DNA from: Thermoanaerobaculia bacterium
Lineage (GTDB): Bacteria > Acidobacteriota > Thermoanaerobaculia > Gp7-AA8
Assembly (NCBI GenBank): GCA_017883205.1
Contig: JADGNZ010000012.1
Span: forward strand, 8,151-72,150
DNA length: 64,000 nt
Direction: 5' to 3'
Shown here piece by piece: positions 35,885 to 45,832 of the stretch. Below the pieces are notes generated by a model, which worked only from the letters and a program-made list of their open reading frames with translations, made no database searches and had not been told where the DNA came from. Numbering within the stretch: position 1 is the stretch's first letter; each line of letters starts with the position of its first letter. The position numbers were made by a program, and so were the translations under genes.

Positions 35885-36880
35885 TACCCGGCACTCGCCG
35901 GAGACAGACGCTCCGACCCGAAGCGTCTCGCTCGTGGCAGGAGGTCGCGATCTCCACCTACGAAGTCGCAATCTCCTTCCTCGAGGTCGCAATCTCCCTC
36001 CATGAAGTCACGATCTCCTTCGTCGAGATCCCGATCTCCCTGCACGAGATGCCGATCTGCTTCCCCGAGGTTCCGATCTCCCCCGGCGAGATCGCGATCT
36101 CTCTCCACGAGATCCCAATCTCCTTCCCCGAAGTCCCGATCGCCTCCGTTCTTGTTTCGATCTCCAGGTTTGAGATCGCTATCTCCCTCTTTCTTAAACT
36201 GACCCCTCGGAGTCTCGTTTCGACCCCTCAGCTTCTCAAATGGACCCCTCCCGATCTCAAAGCGATCCCTCGGCTTCTCAAAACGACCTCGCGAAATCTC
36301 AAATCGATCTCGTTTCGAGAGATCGCGACCCCTCAGAATCTCGAAACGATCCCTCGGAATCTCAAATCGATCTCCTTCCCCGAGGTCGCGATCTCCTTCC
36401 CCGAGGTCGCGATCTCCTCCGAAGAGATCGCGATCTCCATTTTTGAGATCGCTACCCCTCTGAATCTCAAAACGACCCCTCCCAATCTCAAAACGATCCC
36501 CCCGAATCTCGTTTCGACCCCTCCCAGTCTTAAAACGACCCCCCGGAATCTCGTTTCGACCCCTCCAATTCTTAAATCGACCCCTCCCGATCTCAGAAAT
36601 TTGAGTTTTTTTCTTAAAACGACCCCTCCGAATCTCAAAGCGATCTATCGGTTTCTCAAAACGATCTCGCGAAGGGAGATAGCGATCTCTTTTTTTGAGA
36701 TCGCTACCCCTCCGAAACTCAAAACGACCCCCCGGAATCTCGTTTCGACCCCCCCATTTCTTAAATCGACCCCCCTGATTCTTGAATCGACCCCTCCGAA
36801 TCTCGTTTCGACCCCTCTGATTCTTAAAACGACCCCCCTCGATCTCAAAACGACCCCTCTGCCACGCCGCTGACGAGCCC
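35885..36880. repeat. tandem repeat array of about 1 kb made of roughly 45 degenerate 21-bp units in two sub-families (palindromic GAGATCGCGATCTCC units; AATCTCAAAACGACCCCTCC / AATCTCGTTTCGACCCCTCC units)
   Basis: The period is 21 bp with no intervening unique spacers. Open frames exist on both strands as a consequence (for example 36049..36873 encoding NLKTTPP/NLVSTPP heptads). The array is lower in GC than its surroundings. Confidence 0.8.
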
Positions 36881-37269
36881 CCGAAATGGTCCGCACGACG
36901 CGGAAGAATCTTTTTTCATCGAATAGGGAAACTTTTGACCGGGCTGATGCGTCTCAATAAACAGCCCGCTTCGTCAACGCGTGGTTGACGGGGCGATCCG
37001 GCGAGCTCGCATCATTCGTTCAACCTCGCGTCCGGCCAACCGTGACCTCAATTTTACCAATCGTTCGGAACGCTCGCGACTTGTACGCCGAGGCGGGACG
37101 CCTCGACGCCGCGGCCGAGACGCCCGCACTCCTCTACCGCGAAGCTATCCTGCCCACCCCTCCCCCTCCCCCCTCCCACCCCCCACACCCACTCCCCGTC
37201 TGTTACAATCCGCGCGCTCTGAGCGCCCGCTCAGTTGCAAACTCACTAGCAAACACGTCTGGAGGACCT

Positions 37270-39780
37270 ATGAAGTCATGGATCATGCGCACGCTGGTCC
37301 TGGCGATGCTGATCGTTTGCATCGCTGGTGTCGCGAACGCGCAGACCTCGAACACGACACAAACCGCGGCCACGACGCAGGTGGCAGCGCCTCAGCCGGG
37401 TGTGCCCGCGCCGGCGGAAACGCAGACCGAGGCCAACCTCGTGCTGCCCGATCTCGGCAGCGTCTCGTTCCTCGGCGGCATCAACGGCCGGAAACTTCTG
37501 ATGTTCGGACTGGTCGTCTGTGCTCTGGGACTGCTCTTCGGCTTCGTCATGTACGTGAAGCTGAAGAACCTAGAGGTTCACAGCTCGATGCGGGAAATCT
37601 CGGAGCTGATCTACGAGACCTGCAAGACCTATCTGCAGACGCAGGGTAAATTCATCCTGCTGCTCGAGGTCTTCATCGGCATCATCATGATCTTCTACTT
37701 CGGCGTGCTGCGCCATTACGGCCTGACGCGGACGGCGATCATCATCATCTTCAGTCTCGTCGGCATCGCCGGCAGCTACGGCGTGGCCTGGTTCGGGATC
37801 CGCGTCAACACCTTCGCCAACTCGCGCTCGGCGTTTGCCGCGCTGCGCGGCAAGCCCTTCCCGACCTACGACATCCCGCTCAAAGCCGGCATGTCGATCG
37901 GCATGCTGCTCATCTCCACCGAGCTCGTGCTGATGCTCTTCATCCTGCTCTTCGTCCCGCGCGACTACGCCGGACCTTGCTTCATCGGATTCGCCATCGG
38001 TGAGTCGCTCGGCGCGGCCGCGCTCCGCATCGCCGGCGGCATCTTCACCAAAATCGCCGACATCGGATCGGACCTCATGAAGATCGTCTTCAACATCAAG
38101 GAAGACGATGCCCGCAACCCCGGCGTCATCGCCGACTGCACTGGCGACAACGCTGGCGACTCGGTCGGCCCGACTGCCGACGGCTTCGAGACCTACGGCG
38201 TCACCGGCGTGGCGCTGATCACGTTCATCCTCCTCGCCGTCAGTGACCCGCTCGTCCAGACGCAGCTCCTGGTCTGGATCTTCGTCATGCGCGTGCTGAT
38301 GATCATCACCTCGGCCGTCTCGTACTGGATCAACGGCGCGATCGCCCGTGCAAAGTACGGCAGCGCGGACGTCATGAACTTCGAAGCGCCGCTCACCTCG
38401 CTGGTCTGGATCACTTCGATCCTCTCCGTCGGCGTGACCTACGCCGTGTCGTATGTTCTCATCCCCACGCTCGGCGGCGACGCCTCGATGTGGTGGAAGC
38501 TCTCCACGATCATCACCTGCGGCACGCTCGCCGGCGCCATCATCCCTGAGATCGTGAAAGTCTTCACGTCGATGGATTCCAGGCATGTCCAGGAAGTCGT
38601 CACCGCATCGCGCGAAGGTGGCGCCTCGCTCAACATCCTGGCCGGACTCATCGCCGGAAACTTCAGCGCGTATTGGATGGGCATCACCATCGCCGCACTC
38701 ATGGGAGTCGGCGCGTGGATCAGCAGCATGTTCCCGGTCGGTGCCGGCGCGCTCATGATCGCGCCCGCCATTTTTGCGTTCGGTCTCATCGCCTTCGGAT
38801 TCCTGGGCATGGGTCCGGTGACCATCGCCGTCGATTCGTACGGTCCCGTCACCGACAACGCGCAGTCCGTCTTCGAGCTCTCGACGATCGAGACGATGCC
38901 CGGCATCGAAGCCGAGATCAAGCGCGACTTCGGCTTCGAGCCGTCATTCGCGAAGGGCAAGGACTTCCTCGAAGCGAACGACGGTGCCGGCAACACGTTC
39001 AAAGCGACGGCCAAGCCTGTGCTCATCGGCACGGCGGTCGTCGGCGCGACGACGATGATCTTCTCCATCATCGTGATGCTCACCCACAAGCTCACGACCG
39101 ACATGGACAAGCTCTCGCTCATGCACCCGCAGTTCCTTCTCGGACTCGTCGTCGGCGGCGCGGTGATCTACTGGTTCACCGGCGCATCGACGCAGGCCGT
39201 CTCCACCGGCGCGTATCGTGCGGTCGAGTTCATCAAAAAGAACATGCACCTCGATGCCGGCGCCACGAAGGCCTCCGTCGAAGACTCGAAGAAAGTCGTC
39301 GCCATCTGCACGCAGTACGCGCAGAAGGGCATGTTCAATATCTTCCTGACCGTGTTCTTCTCGACGCTGGCCTTCGCATGCTTCGAGCCGTTCTTCTTCA
39401 TCGGCTACCTGATCTCGATCGCGCTCTTCGGTCTCTACCAGGCCATCTTCATGGCCAACGCAGGCGGGGCGTGGGACAACGCGAAGAAGATCGTCGAGGT
39501 GGAGTTGAAGGAGAAGGGAACGCCGCTCCACTCTGCCTGCGTCATCGGCGACACGGTCGGCGATCCGTTCAAGGATACGTCGTCGGTGGCCATGAATCCC
39601 GTCATCAAGTTCACGACACTCTTCGGTCTTCTGGCCGTCGAGCTGGCCGTGGAGATGACGAAGAACGGTCAGCAGGGATTGACGCGAATCCTGTCGGTAA
39701 TCTTCTTCATCATTTCGATGATTTTCGTCTACCGCTCGTTCTACGGAATGCGCATCCAGTCACAGAGCGCAGCGCACTGA
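37270..39780 (+). CDS. hppA: membrane-bound proton/sodium-translocating pyrophosphatase with N-terminal signal-like extension
   Basis: H+-PPase motifs GDTVGDPFKDTSSVAMNP and DNAGGAWDNAKK, with more than 14 TM helices. An ATG at 37270 with a GGAGG ribosome-binding site gives an N-terminal MKSWIMRTLVLAMLIVCIAGVANAQ. The track ORF start at 36985 runs through a C-rich repeat. Confidence 0.85.
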   Translation: MKSWIMRTLVLAMLIVCIAGVANAQTSNTTQTAATTQVAAPQPGVPAPAETQTEANLVLPDLGSVSFLGGINGRKLLMFGLVVCALGLLFGFVMYVKLKNLEVHSSMREISELIYETCKTYLQTQGKFILLLEVFIGIIMIFYFGVLRHYGLTRTAIIIIFSLVGIAGSYGVAWFGIRVNTFANSRSAFAALRGKPFPTYDIPLKAGMSIGMLLISTELVLMLFILLFVPRDYAGPCFIGFAIGESLGAAALRIAGGIFTKIADIGSDLMKIVFNIKEDDARNPGVIADCTGDNAGDSVGPTADGFETYGVTGVALITFILLAVSDPLVQTQLLVWIFVMRVLMIITSAVSYWINGAIARAKYGSADVMNFEAPLTSLVWITSILSVGVTYAVSYVLIPTLGGDASMWWKLSTIITCGTLAGAIIPEIVKVFTSMDSRHVQEVVTASREGGASLNILAGLIAGNFSAYWMGITIAALMGVGAWISSMFPVGAGALMIAPAIFAFGLIAFGFLGMGPVTIAVDSYGPVTDNAQSVFELSTIETMPGIEAEIKRDFGFEPSFAKGKDFLEANDGAGNTFKATAKPVLIGTAVVGATTMIFSIIVMLTHKLTTDMDKLSLMHPQFLLGLVVGGAVIYWFTGASTQAVSTGAYRAVEFIKKNMHLDAGATKASVEDSKKVVAICTQYAQKGMFNIFLTVFFSTLAFACFEPFFFIGYLISIALFGLYQAIFMANAGGAWDNAKKIVEVELKEKGTPLHSACVIGDTVGDPFKDTSSVAMNPVIKFTTLFGLLAVELAVEMTKNGQQGLTRILSVIFFIISMIFVYRSFYGMRIQSQSAAH

Positions 39781-40110
39781 ATCGCATTTCTCGAACTTTT
39801 CAGCCCCCTCATCCGGCCTTCGGTCCACCTTCTCCCCCACAAAAAGCGTGGGGGAGAAGGGGCTCGATTGAGGCCCGCTGCTACCAATTCGCTGCAAGTG
39901 TGAGAAATGCAAACTCGCTCAAGGCCAACTCGCATCTCTCAAACCCTTTCAGCGACTCCTTTGCGTCGAGCGCCTTCTCCCCCCGCGCTTTTTGCGGGAG
40001 GGAGAAGGTGGCGAAGCCGGATGAGGGGGGCGTTGCAAAATACGATAAACGCGAGAAGGGCTTCGACGGAAACGCGCCGATTTCGTACAAGCGTGAGAGA
40101 TGCAGCCTAA
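39781..40110. mobile_element. composite MITE-like palindromic element, family D (CCTTCTCCCCCAC-loop-GTGGGGGAGAAGG hairpins plus GGTGGCGAAGCCGGATGAGGGGGCG modules in inverted orientation)
   Basis: 39801-39858 and 39985-40045 are inverted copies of one another. A second composite copy, in inverted orientation, is at about 50030-50290. ORFs called inside it by the track are spurious. Confidence 0.65.
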
Positions 40111-40123
40111 CCTGACTCGAGGT

Positions 40124-40945
40124 TCACAAGCTGTTCGCTCGTCTGTCGCCACTCTGGACCCGGTCAGGCGGAGAAATGCAGTGCCCGATCATCTCTTGCA
40201 GCACGCGGTGATCGACCGGCTTGGGCAGGACACCGCAGACGTTGTATTGAGCGACACGTTCCCGATACTTCTCGGGAAGCCCGCTGGAGATGATGGTATG
40301 AGACAGCAACTCCGGCCGGCAGCGCTTGAGATACTCGAGGACGCCGAAGCCGTCGATTCCTGGCATGAGCAGATCGAGCACGATGGTGTCGAAGGTCTTG
40401 CCGGCAATCTTCTCGATGGCCCTGCGGCCGTTCTCGGCGATCGCGACTTCCATACCGAGGCGCCGGCCGAACATTGCCACCAGCTCGGCGGCCATGCTGT
40501 CGTCATCGACGACCAGCAGACTCCGCTCCGCCGGATTCGGTTGCGAGACCGCCGGACGCACCGCGGCGACGACGGCAGCGACGAGCGCGCGGTAGCTGAA
40601 TGGTTTTCGAAAGAGGCGGGAAAGGAGTTGCGGCGCGGTGTTCATCACCGTCTGCTCCGACATCCCGGTCATGAGAAAGACGCGGTTGAGAAGCTTCGGC
40701 TGCTCCATCTCGATGAAGTTCAGAACACCGAATCCGTTCAGTCCGCGATGGATGATCAGATCGAGAATGACCGCGGAGTATTCGTACGCCTGCAGCTTCT
40801 CGATCCCGGCGTAGCCTTCCTCGACGAAGTCGACAAGGAAACCTTCACGCTCCAGTGGGAGGCGAAGAATTATTTCCGCGGCACGGTCGTCTTCGACGAT
40901 GAGGATGCGTTCTGGGCTCACTACGTCTATAATTATATGACGCAT
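40124..40945 (-). CDS. response regulator with two receiver domains (REC-REC), no output domain
   Basis: RILIVEDD...VILDL and SLLVVDDD...IVLDLLMPG. Divergent from the hybrid kinase gene. Confidence 0.7.
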   Translation of the reverse strand: MRHIIIDVVSPERILIVEDDRAAEIILRLPLEREGFLVDFVEEGYAGIEKLQAYEYSAVILDLIIHRGLNGFGVLNFIEMEQPKLLNRVFLMTGMSEQTVMNTAPQLLSRLFRKPFSYRALVAAVVAAVRPAVSQPNPAERSLLVVDDDSMAAELVAMFGRRLGMEVAIAENGRRAIEKIAGKTFDTIVLDLLMPGIDGFGVLEYLKRCRPELLSHTIISSGLPEKYRERVAQYNVCGVLPKPVDHRVLQEMIGHCISPPDRVQSGDRRANSL

Positions 40946-40980
40946 TCCGCGGCGAAGGACAGCCTATCCGGGCGCTCCTG

Positions 40981-42855
40981 ATGTTTGCAGCTGAAACACT
41001 TCTGAACTCTTCGAAACAGGCGGTCGTCGCAACCGACGACACGGAAGGCATCGTTTTCGTCAACCGCGCTGCGGAGGAGTTGTACGGATGGAGTGCAGCC
41101 GAGGTCCTCGGCAAGCGGCTCTCCGAGGTGCTGATACTCAGCGATCCCCTCGCTGCGGAATTGCTTTTCGAGGCGCTGCGCGCGGGCCGCTCGTGGTCGG
41201 GAACGCAGCGCTCCGGTCCACTCGACGGGCCGCCTTCCGTGGTTTTGCTGACCGGCTCGCCGCTGCCCGCGGAAGACGGCAAGGCGGGCGGATTCGCCGT
41301 GCTCGCTACGCCGCTCGATCAGTTCGAGCTGCCGAAAATCGCTGCCGAGGAAGAGTTACGAAATGAGCGGACGCAGATCCGCGAGATCATGAAGATCGCC
41401 TGCATCGCCGAGTGGCGATGGCAGATCGACAGCGATGCCATCGAAGGGATGCCGGAACTGTGGGACATCCTGAAGCTCGACCCGTCGGCGGGCCTCACCC
41501 TCACTGATTTGCTGGCGCGCTTCGTCCATCCCGACGACCGCGAGCGCGTCGGGGAAGCTTTCAACCGCACGCGGAGCGAAAACCTCCCGCTCGACATCGA
41601 GCTCCGCCTGCGGACGAACGGCGACACCGATCTCGTGCTGAACATGCGCGGATACAGCGTGATGGGTTCGGCTGGGAAAACCACAGGCCTCTCAGGCGTG
41701 CTGCAGGACGTGACGGAACGGCGCCAGTTGGAAAGCCGCCTGCTGCAGGCCGAGCGCGTGTCGAGCCTCGGGCGCCTGGCAGCGTCGGTCGCACACGAGT
41801 TCAACAATGTTCTGATGGGAATCCAGCCCTTCGTCGATCTCCTGAACCGCCGCGCCGGCGCTGATCCCACGGTTGCCCTGGCCGCTCCGCGAATCGCCGA
41901 CGCGGTGGCGCGCGGCAAGCGAATCACGCAGGAGATGCTCCGCTTCACGCGGATCGGCGAGCCCGCACGAACCACGATCGACGTGAGCACGTGGTTGCAG
42001 GAATTCGAGCCCGAGCTCGCGCAACTTGCCGGTCCGCGGGTGAAGGTCACTGTCGAAGCTGCCCCCGCGCTGATGATGGTCGCCGACGGACACCAGCTTC
42101 GCCAGGTCTTCGCCAATCTGATCGTGAATGCGCAGCACGCAATGCCCGACGGCGGAGAGGTGGAGATCCGCGTGATGTCCGACACGCTTCGCGACCGCAG
42201 CGATCGGCTCAGCGATGCGGTTCACTTCACCATCGCGGACACCGGCATCGGGATGCCGGAAGAGACGTTGCGCTACATCTTCGAGCCGCTCTTCACCACG
42301 CGAAGATTCGGCGGCACCGGCCTCGGCCTCGCCGTTGCGGCGCAGGTAGTCCAGCAGCACAAAGGCCACATCTACGCAGAAAGCACGCAGGGCAAAGGAT
42401 CAACGTTCCACATTCTCATTCCCGCGGCCCAGGCGCCAAAGACCATTGCCGCGCCGGAAGTCGCGGCCGCGCTTTCAAAGCAGGAGCCTGGACGCGAAGG
42501 TACGCGTGTCACGCTGGTCGAAGATGACGAGTCGGTCGGCGCCGGCCTGGCGACGATTCTCGACCTCGAAGGCATCGCCGTCGACTGGGTGCGGCTCGGA
42601 CTCGATGCCGTCGCCCGCATCGCCGCCAATCGCCCCGACGCCGTCATCCTCGACCTCGGCTTACCCGACATCGATGGACTCGATGTCTACCGCGAGATCG
42701 CCAAACGCTGGCCCGGCCTGCCGGTTCTCTTCTCCACCGGCCACGGCGACGAAACGATGCTCCAGCCCGTGCTCAGTGCGCACGTCGCGTACATCCAGAA
42801 GCCGTACGAGATGCAGGCACTGATGGACGCGCTGGACAAAGTGATCCAGAAATAG
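40981..42855 (+). CDS. hybrid sensor histidine kinase (PAS-PAS-HisKA-HATPase_c-REC)
   Basis: H-box SLGRLAASVAHEFNN. N and G boxes (NLIVNAQHAMPDGG; GGTGLGLAV). C-terminal receiver domain VTLVEDDESV...ILDLGLPDIDG...KP. Confidence 0.8.
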   Translation: MFAAETLLNSSKQAVVATDDTEGIVFVNRAAEELYGWSAAEVLGKRLSEVLILSDPLAAELLFEALRAGRSWSGTQRSGPLDGPPSVVLLTGSPLPAEDGKAGGFAVLATPLDQFELPKIAAEEELRNERTQIREIMKIACIAEWRWQIDSDAIEGMPELWDILKLDPSAGLTLTDLLARFVHPDDRERVGEAFNRTRSENLPLDIELRLRTNGDTDLVLNMRGYSVMGSAGKTTGLSGVLQDVTERRQLESRLLQAERVSSLGRLAASVAHEFNNVLMGIQPFVDLLNRRAGADPTVALAAPRIADAVARGKRITQEMLRFTRIGEPARTTIDVSTWLQEFEPELAQLAGPRVKVTVEAAPALMMVADGHQLRQVFANLIVNAQHAMPDGGEVEIRVMSDTLRDRSDRLSDAVHFTIADTGIGMPEETLRYIFEPLFTTRRFGGTGLGLAVAAQVVQQHKGHIYAESTQGKGSTFHILIPAAQAPKTIAAPEVAAALSKQEPGREGTRVTLVEDDESVGAGLATILDLEGIAVDWVRLGLDAVARIAANRPDAVILDLGLPDIDGLDVYREIAKRWPGLPVLFSTGHGDETMLQPVLSAHVAYIQKPYEMQALMDALDKVIQK

Positions 42856-42858
42856 AGG

Positions 42859-44220
42859 TTACTGGCTCTTCACCTTTTCGAAGAAGGCGATGAGTTTCGG
42901 CGACCATGCGCCGCGGTTCAGCCGCAACGAATGGTTGATGCGTAGGGCCGCCTGGATGTCTGAGGCGGCGCTGGCCAGAAGCGCGTCACCGTCGCGCGTG
43001 AGCATCGCCTGCGTGTACCGCGAGCATCCCCGCAACAGGTACGCCTCCGCGCTCTGCCGGGTGGAGAGAACGTTCGTCAGCATGCGGTCGGACGATGCCA
43101 GGTCTCCTGCCGCATAGGCACGGTATGCCGACTCGAGCTCACTGGCTGTCGGATCCGGGGCGGGGATCTCGACCGGCTTGCTCGAAATCGCTGCCGCCTT
43201 CTTGTCGAGATCGCGTTCCTTCGCGGCAATTTCGTCGAGCACGCGTCGGATGAGATTCGGATCGCTCTGAGGCGTCAGTTGGCGATCCAACCGTTGCGCA
43301 TCGGTCGTCGCAATGTTCAAGGACACCAATCGCCGGCGGTATTGCTGCACCGAGATTCGCGCGGCAACGAGCGCTTCACTCTCCTGCTCCGGTGACGGCT
43401 CGGCAACCTTCGGCTTCACTTCCGTCTTCGGAAGCGGCGGGGTTGACGTCTGCTTTGCCGGCACCGTTGGCTGAGGTTGTGGCTGCGGCGGCGGTTGAAC
43501 GAACGGTTTTGGCTGCGGCTGTTCGTCGAATGGGATCACCACGTCGATCGGCTTTCGCTCCGGCACGGGATTGCTCTTCGGTGGCCTCGCCGCGCGCTGC
43601 TTCTTTGCATCATCCGCGGCGTTGGCGAACAGGTCTCGCGCCTCTTCAGCGATTTCGCTCGCATGTTTGAAAACGCGCACGTCCAGACCGCCCTTGTCGC
43701 TCAACGCTTTTGCCTCTCTCAGCCTCCGTTGAGCGGCGTGATAGGTATCGCTTCGATCGCCACCTGCAGTCACAGCGTCCATCTGCGCCGACAGAGCGCG
43801 GCTGATCGCAGCGTTCGCTTCCTGCTTTGCCGGCATCGCCGCCACTTGTGCGCGGCGTTGCTTCTCCGAGTTCGCGCGCCCAATCAACTCCTGGAGCTGC
43901 GCGTAGTACGGCGTGTTCTTGATCGCCGCCTGATCCTCGGAGATTCTCCACTCGCGCAACGCGCCATCGGGATCAGCCATGTTCAGTCTGGCGATGCCGA
44001 GCCAGAAGTGCGGCACGTACGTGAAGATCTGATCGCGCACACGCTGCGCCGCGTTCTCCTGCGGCATCTCCTCGATCGCTTTCTGCAGCGCCTGCGCGCC
44101 GGCCTGAAAGTTGTTCGCGCGCACCGCGCTGACGCCGCGGTTGTAGGCATCGAGCCACTTCTCTTCCGCGAGGGCAGGCCATGCCGTCAGGCATAGAAGA
44201 ACGAGCATCGCCCGCTTCAT
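42859..44220 (-). CDS. secreted hypothetical protein (signal peptide, helical/TPR-like ends, Pro-rich centre)
   Basis: MKRAMLVLLCLTAWPALA signal peptide. Central PQPKPFVQPPPQPQPQPTVP segment. Overlaps the kinase gene stop by 4 nt. Confidence 0.55.
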   Translation of the reverse strand: MKRAMLVLLCLTAWPALAEEKWLDAYNRGVSAVRANNFQAGAQALQKAIEEMPQENAAQRVRDQIFTYVPHFWLGIARLNMADPDGALREWRISEDQAAIKNTPYYAQLQELIGRANSEKQRRAQVAAMPAKQEANAAISRALSAQMDAVTAGGDRSDTYHAAQRRLREAKALSDKGGLDVRVFKHASEIAEEARDLFANAADDAKKQRAARPPKSNPVPERKPIDVVIPFDEQPQPKPFVQPPPQPQPQPTVPAKQTSTPPLPKTEVKPKVAEPSPEQESEALVAARISVQQYRRRLVSLNIATTDAQRLDRQLTPQSDPNLIRRVLDEIAAKERDLDKKAAAISSKPVEIPAPDPTASELESAYRAYAAGDLASSDRMLTNVLSTRQSAEAYLLRGCSRYTQAMLTRDGDALLASAASDIQAALRINHSLRLNRGAWSPKLIAFFEKVKSQ

Positions 44221-45818
44221 GGCGCCACGTCCTCGAATCGCGGCAGCGTAGCGGTCGCGGGATCGGCGAACTGAAGGTTGACGGGCTGTTCCGCCCCACC
44301 CTTCACCTCGACTTTCCGCGTGATCGAAGACGCGAAGGATGGATTCGACATCGTGATCTCATACGTGCCCGGCGCAAGATCGAGCGATAGCGGCGTCAGC
44401 CGCTCTTGCAGCACGACCGCGGAACCTGTCGCAACGTTGCGGATGCTCGTCACTTCTCCCCACGGGAAGGCATTCAGTGCCACGTGGCCGGGAATGGGCG
44501 GAACGACGTGGGACCCGGAAACCAACGGCGTTTCTTTCACAGGCGTAGGCTCGGGCGACGGCTTCATGCGAACGACGATCGCGACGATGACGAGCGCCAC
44601 CAGCACCGCAACCGCGGCAAACCAGGCAGTGCGGGACCGTGACCGCGACGGAACCGGCACGATGTTCGTCGTCGAAACCTTCCGCAGCTCGCGGTTGCCG
44701 ATCGGCTTTCCGTGGTCCGTTAGCTCAGTCGACGCCTTGGAATCGATCGCCGAAGCCTTAGGCTGCGCACTGCCGCTGAGCTGCGTCGGCGTCGCGACCT
44801 TGGTCGGTTCTTCCGTGACCTCGACCGCCCGCGGCAGCGGCCGCGACGCGCCAATCTGATCGTCGAGTGTCGGCTCGATCGCTTCGAGCGCACGCGCGAA
44901 CTCGCGCGCCGAGGCGAAGCGCTTCTTCCGGTCTTTTTCGAGAGCTTTGAAAATCAGCGCTTCGAGCGCGGGTGACGACGGCATCGAAGGATTGACATCG
45001 ACGAGCGCCCGCGGCTTCTCCGAAGAGTGCAGCATCAGATACGCGTGCGGCGTGTCGGCTTGAAACGGAGGAACGCCGGTGAGCATCTCGTACAGCACGA
45101 TGCCGAACGAATAGAGGTCGGCGCGGCCGTCGATCCGCTCGCCGGCGTCGAGCATGCCGAGGTGCTCGGGCGAGCAGTACTTCCACTTGCCCACGAACAT
45201 CCCGGTCGCCGTCTTGCTGGCGTCGGTGGCGTCGCCCTGCTTGGCGATGCCGAGGTCGATCAGCTTCACATGCTGCGTGCCCTCTTCATCGGGGCAGATC
45301 ATGATGTTCTCAGGACTGATGTCGCGATGGACGATGCCGGCGCGATGAATGGCCTCGAGCCCGTGCAGCGCCTCGATGGCCAGCTTCGCGGCATAGCGCG
45401 GCGTGAGCGGACCATTCGTTTCGATCAGCTCGTGAAGATTGGTTCCCTCGATGTACTCCCACACCATGTACCGCGAGCCGTCGTCGAGCGTGGAGAAGTC
45501 GTAGAGCGCCGCGACGTTCGGATGATTGATGCGCGTAGCCAGCCGCGCCTCGCGGATGAAGCGGTCGTCCGCCCCCGGCTCGCTGGCGATGCTGCTTCGC
45601 ATCAGCTTGATGACACGGATCGCGTTCAGATGGAGGTGAAGGACTTTGTAGACCTCCCCCATCCCGCCGACGCCGAGGCGAGCCAGGATCTGATACTTGC
45701 CGTCGATCGGATGTTCGAGATACCGGCGGAGGAAGTCGGTGATGGGCTCCCCGCAATACGGGCACGCCTTGAACTTCGAATCGACTTCCGACCTGCAGTG
45801 GATGCAGAAGAATGGCAT
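44217..45818 (-). CDS. transmembrane Ser/Thr protein kinase with N-terminal zinc ribbon and C-terminal extracellular PEGA domain
   Basis: CxxC...CxxC N-terminus. Kinase motifs GVGGMGEVYKV, HRDISPENIM, DLGIA. TM helix WFAAVAVLVALVIVAIVV. C-terminal PEGA-like domain (GTYEITMSNPSF...). Confidence 0.8.
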   Translation of the reverse strand: MPFFCIHCRSEVDSKFKACPYCGEPITDFLRRYLEHPIDGKYQILARLGVGGMGEVYKVLHLHLNAIRVIKLMRSSIASEPGADDRFIREARLATRINHPNVAALYDFSTLDDGSRYMVWEYIEGTNLHELIETNGPLTPRYAAKLAIEALHGLEAIHRAGIVHRDISPENIMICPDEEGTQHVKLIDLGIAKQGDATDASKTATGMFVGKWKYCSPEHLGMLDAGERIDGRADLYSFGIVLYEMLTGVPPFQADTPHAYLMLHSSEKPRALVDVNPSMPSSPALEALIFKALEKDRKKRFASAREFARALEAIEPTLDDQIGASRPLPRAVEVTEEPTKVATPTQLSGSAQPKASAIDSKASTELTDHGKPIGNRELRKVSTTNIVPVPSRSRSRTAWFAAVAVLVALVIVAIVVRMKPSPEPTPVKETPLVSGSHVVPPIPGHVALNAFPWGEVTSIRNVATGSAVVLQERLTPLSLDLAPGTYEITMSNPSFASSITRKVEVKGGAEQPVNLQFADPATATLPRFEDVAP

Positions 45819-45832
45819 GGGGGATGAGTGCG

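Noticed and set aside
36049-36873. 274-aa heptad-repeat ORF (NLKTTPP/NLVSTPP) called as a protein.
   Set aside because: Open frames exist on both strands purely because the repeat period is 21 bp. There is no ribosome-binding site and no start context. Kept as a tandem repeat, with coding status flagged as uncertain.
35885-36880. Possible CRISPR array (regular short repeats).
   Set aside because: Units are contiguous 21-mers with no unique spacers. The repeats are degenerate and of two interleaved types. No cas genes nearby. It is a tandem or minisatellite-type array.
36985-37269. N-terminal 95 codons of track ORF 36985..39780 (H+-PPase).
   Set aside because: They contain a C-rich repeat arm (PTPPPPPSHPPHPLP). 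The ATG at 37270 with a GGAGG ribosome-binding site yields a signal-peptide-like N-terminus, and pyrophosphatase homology starts after it.
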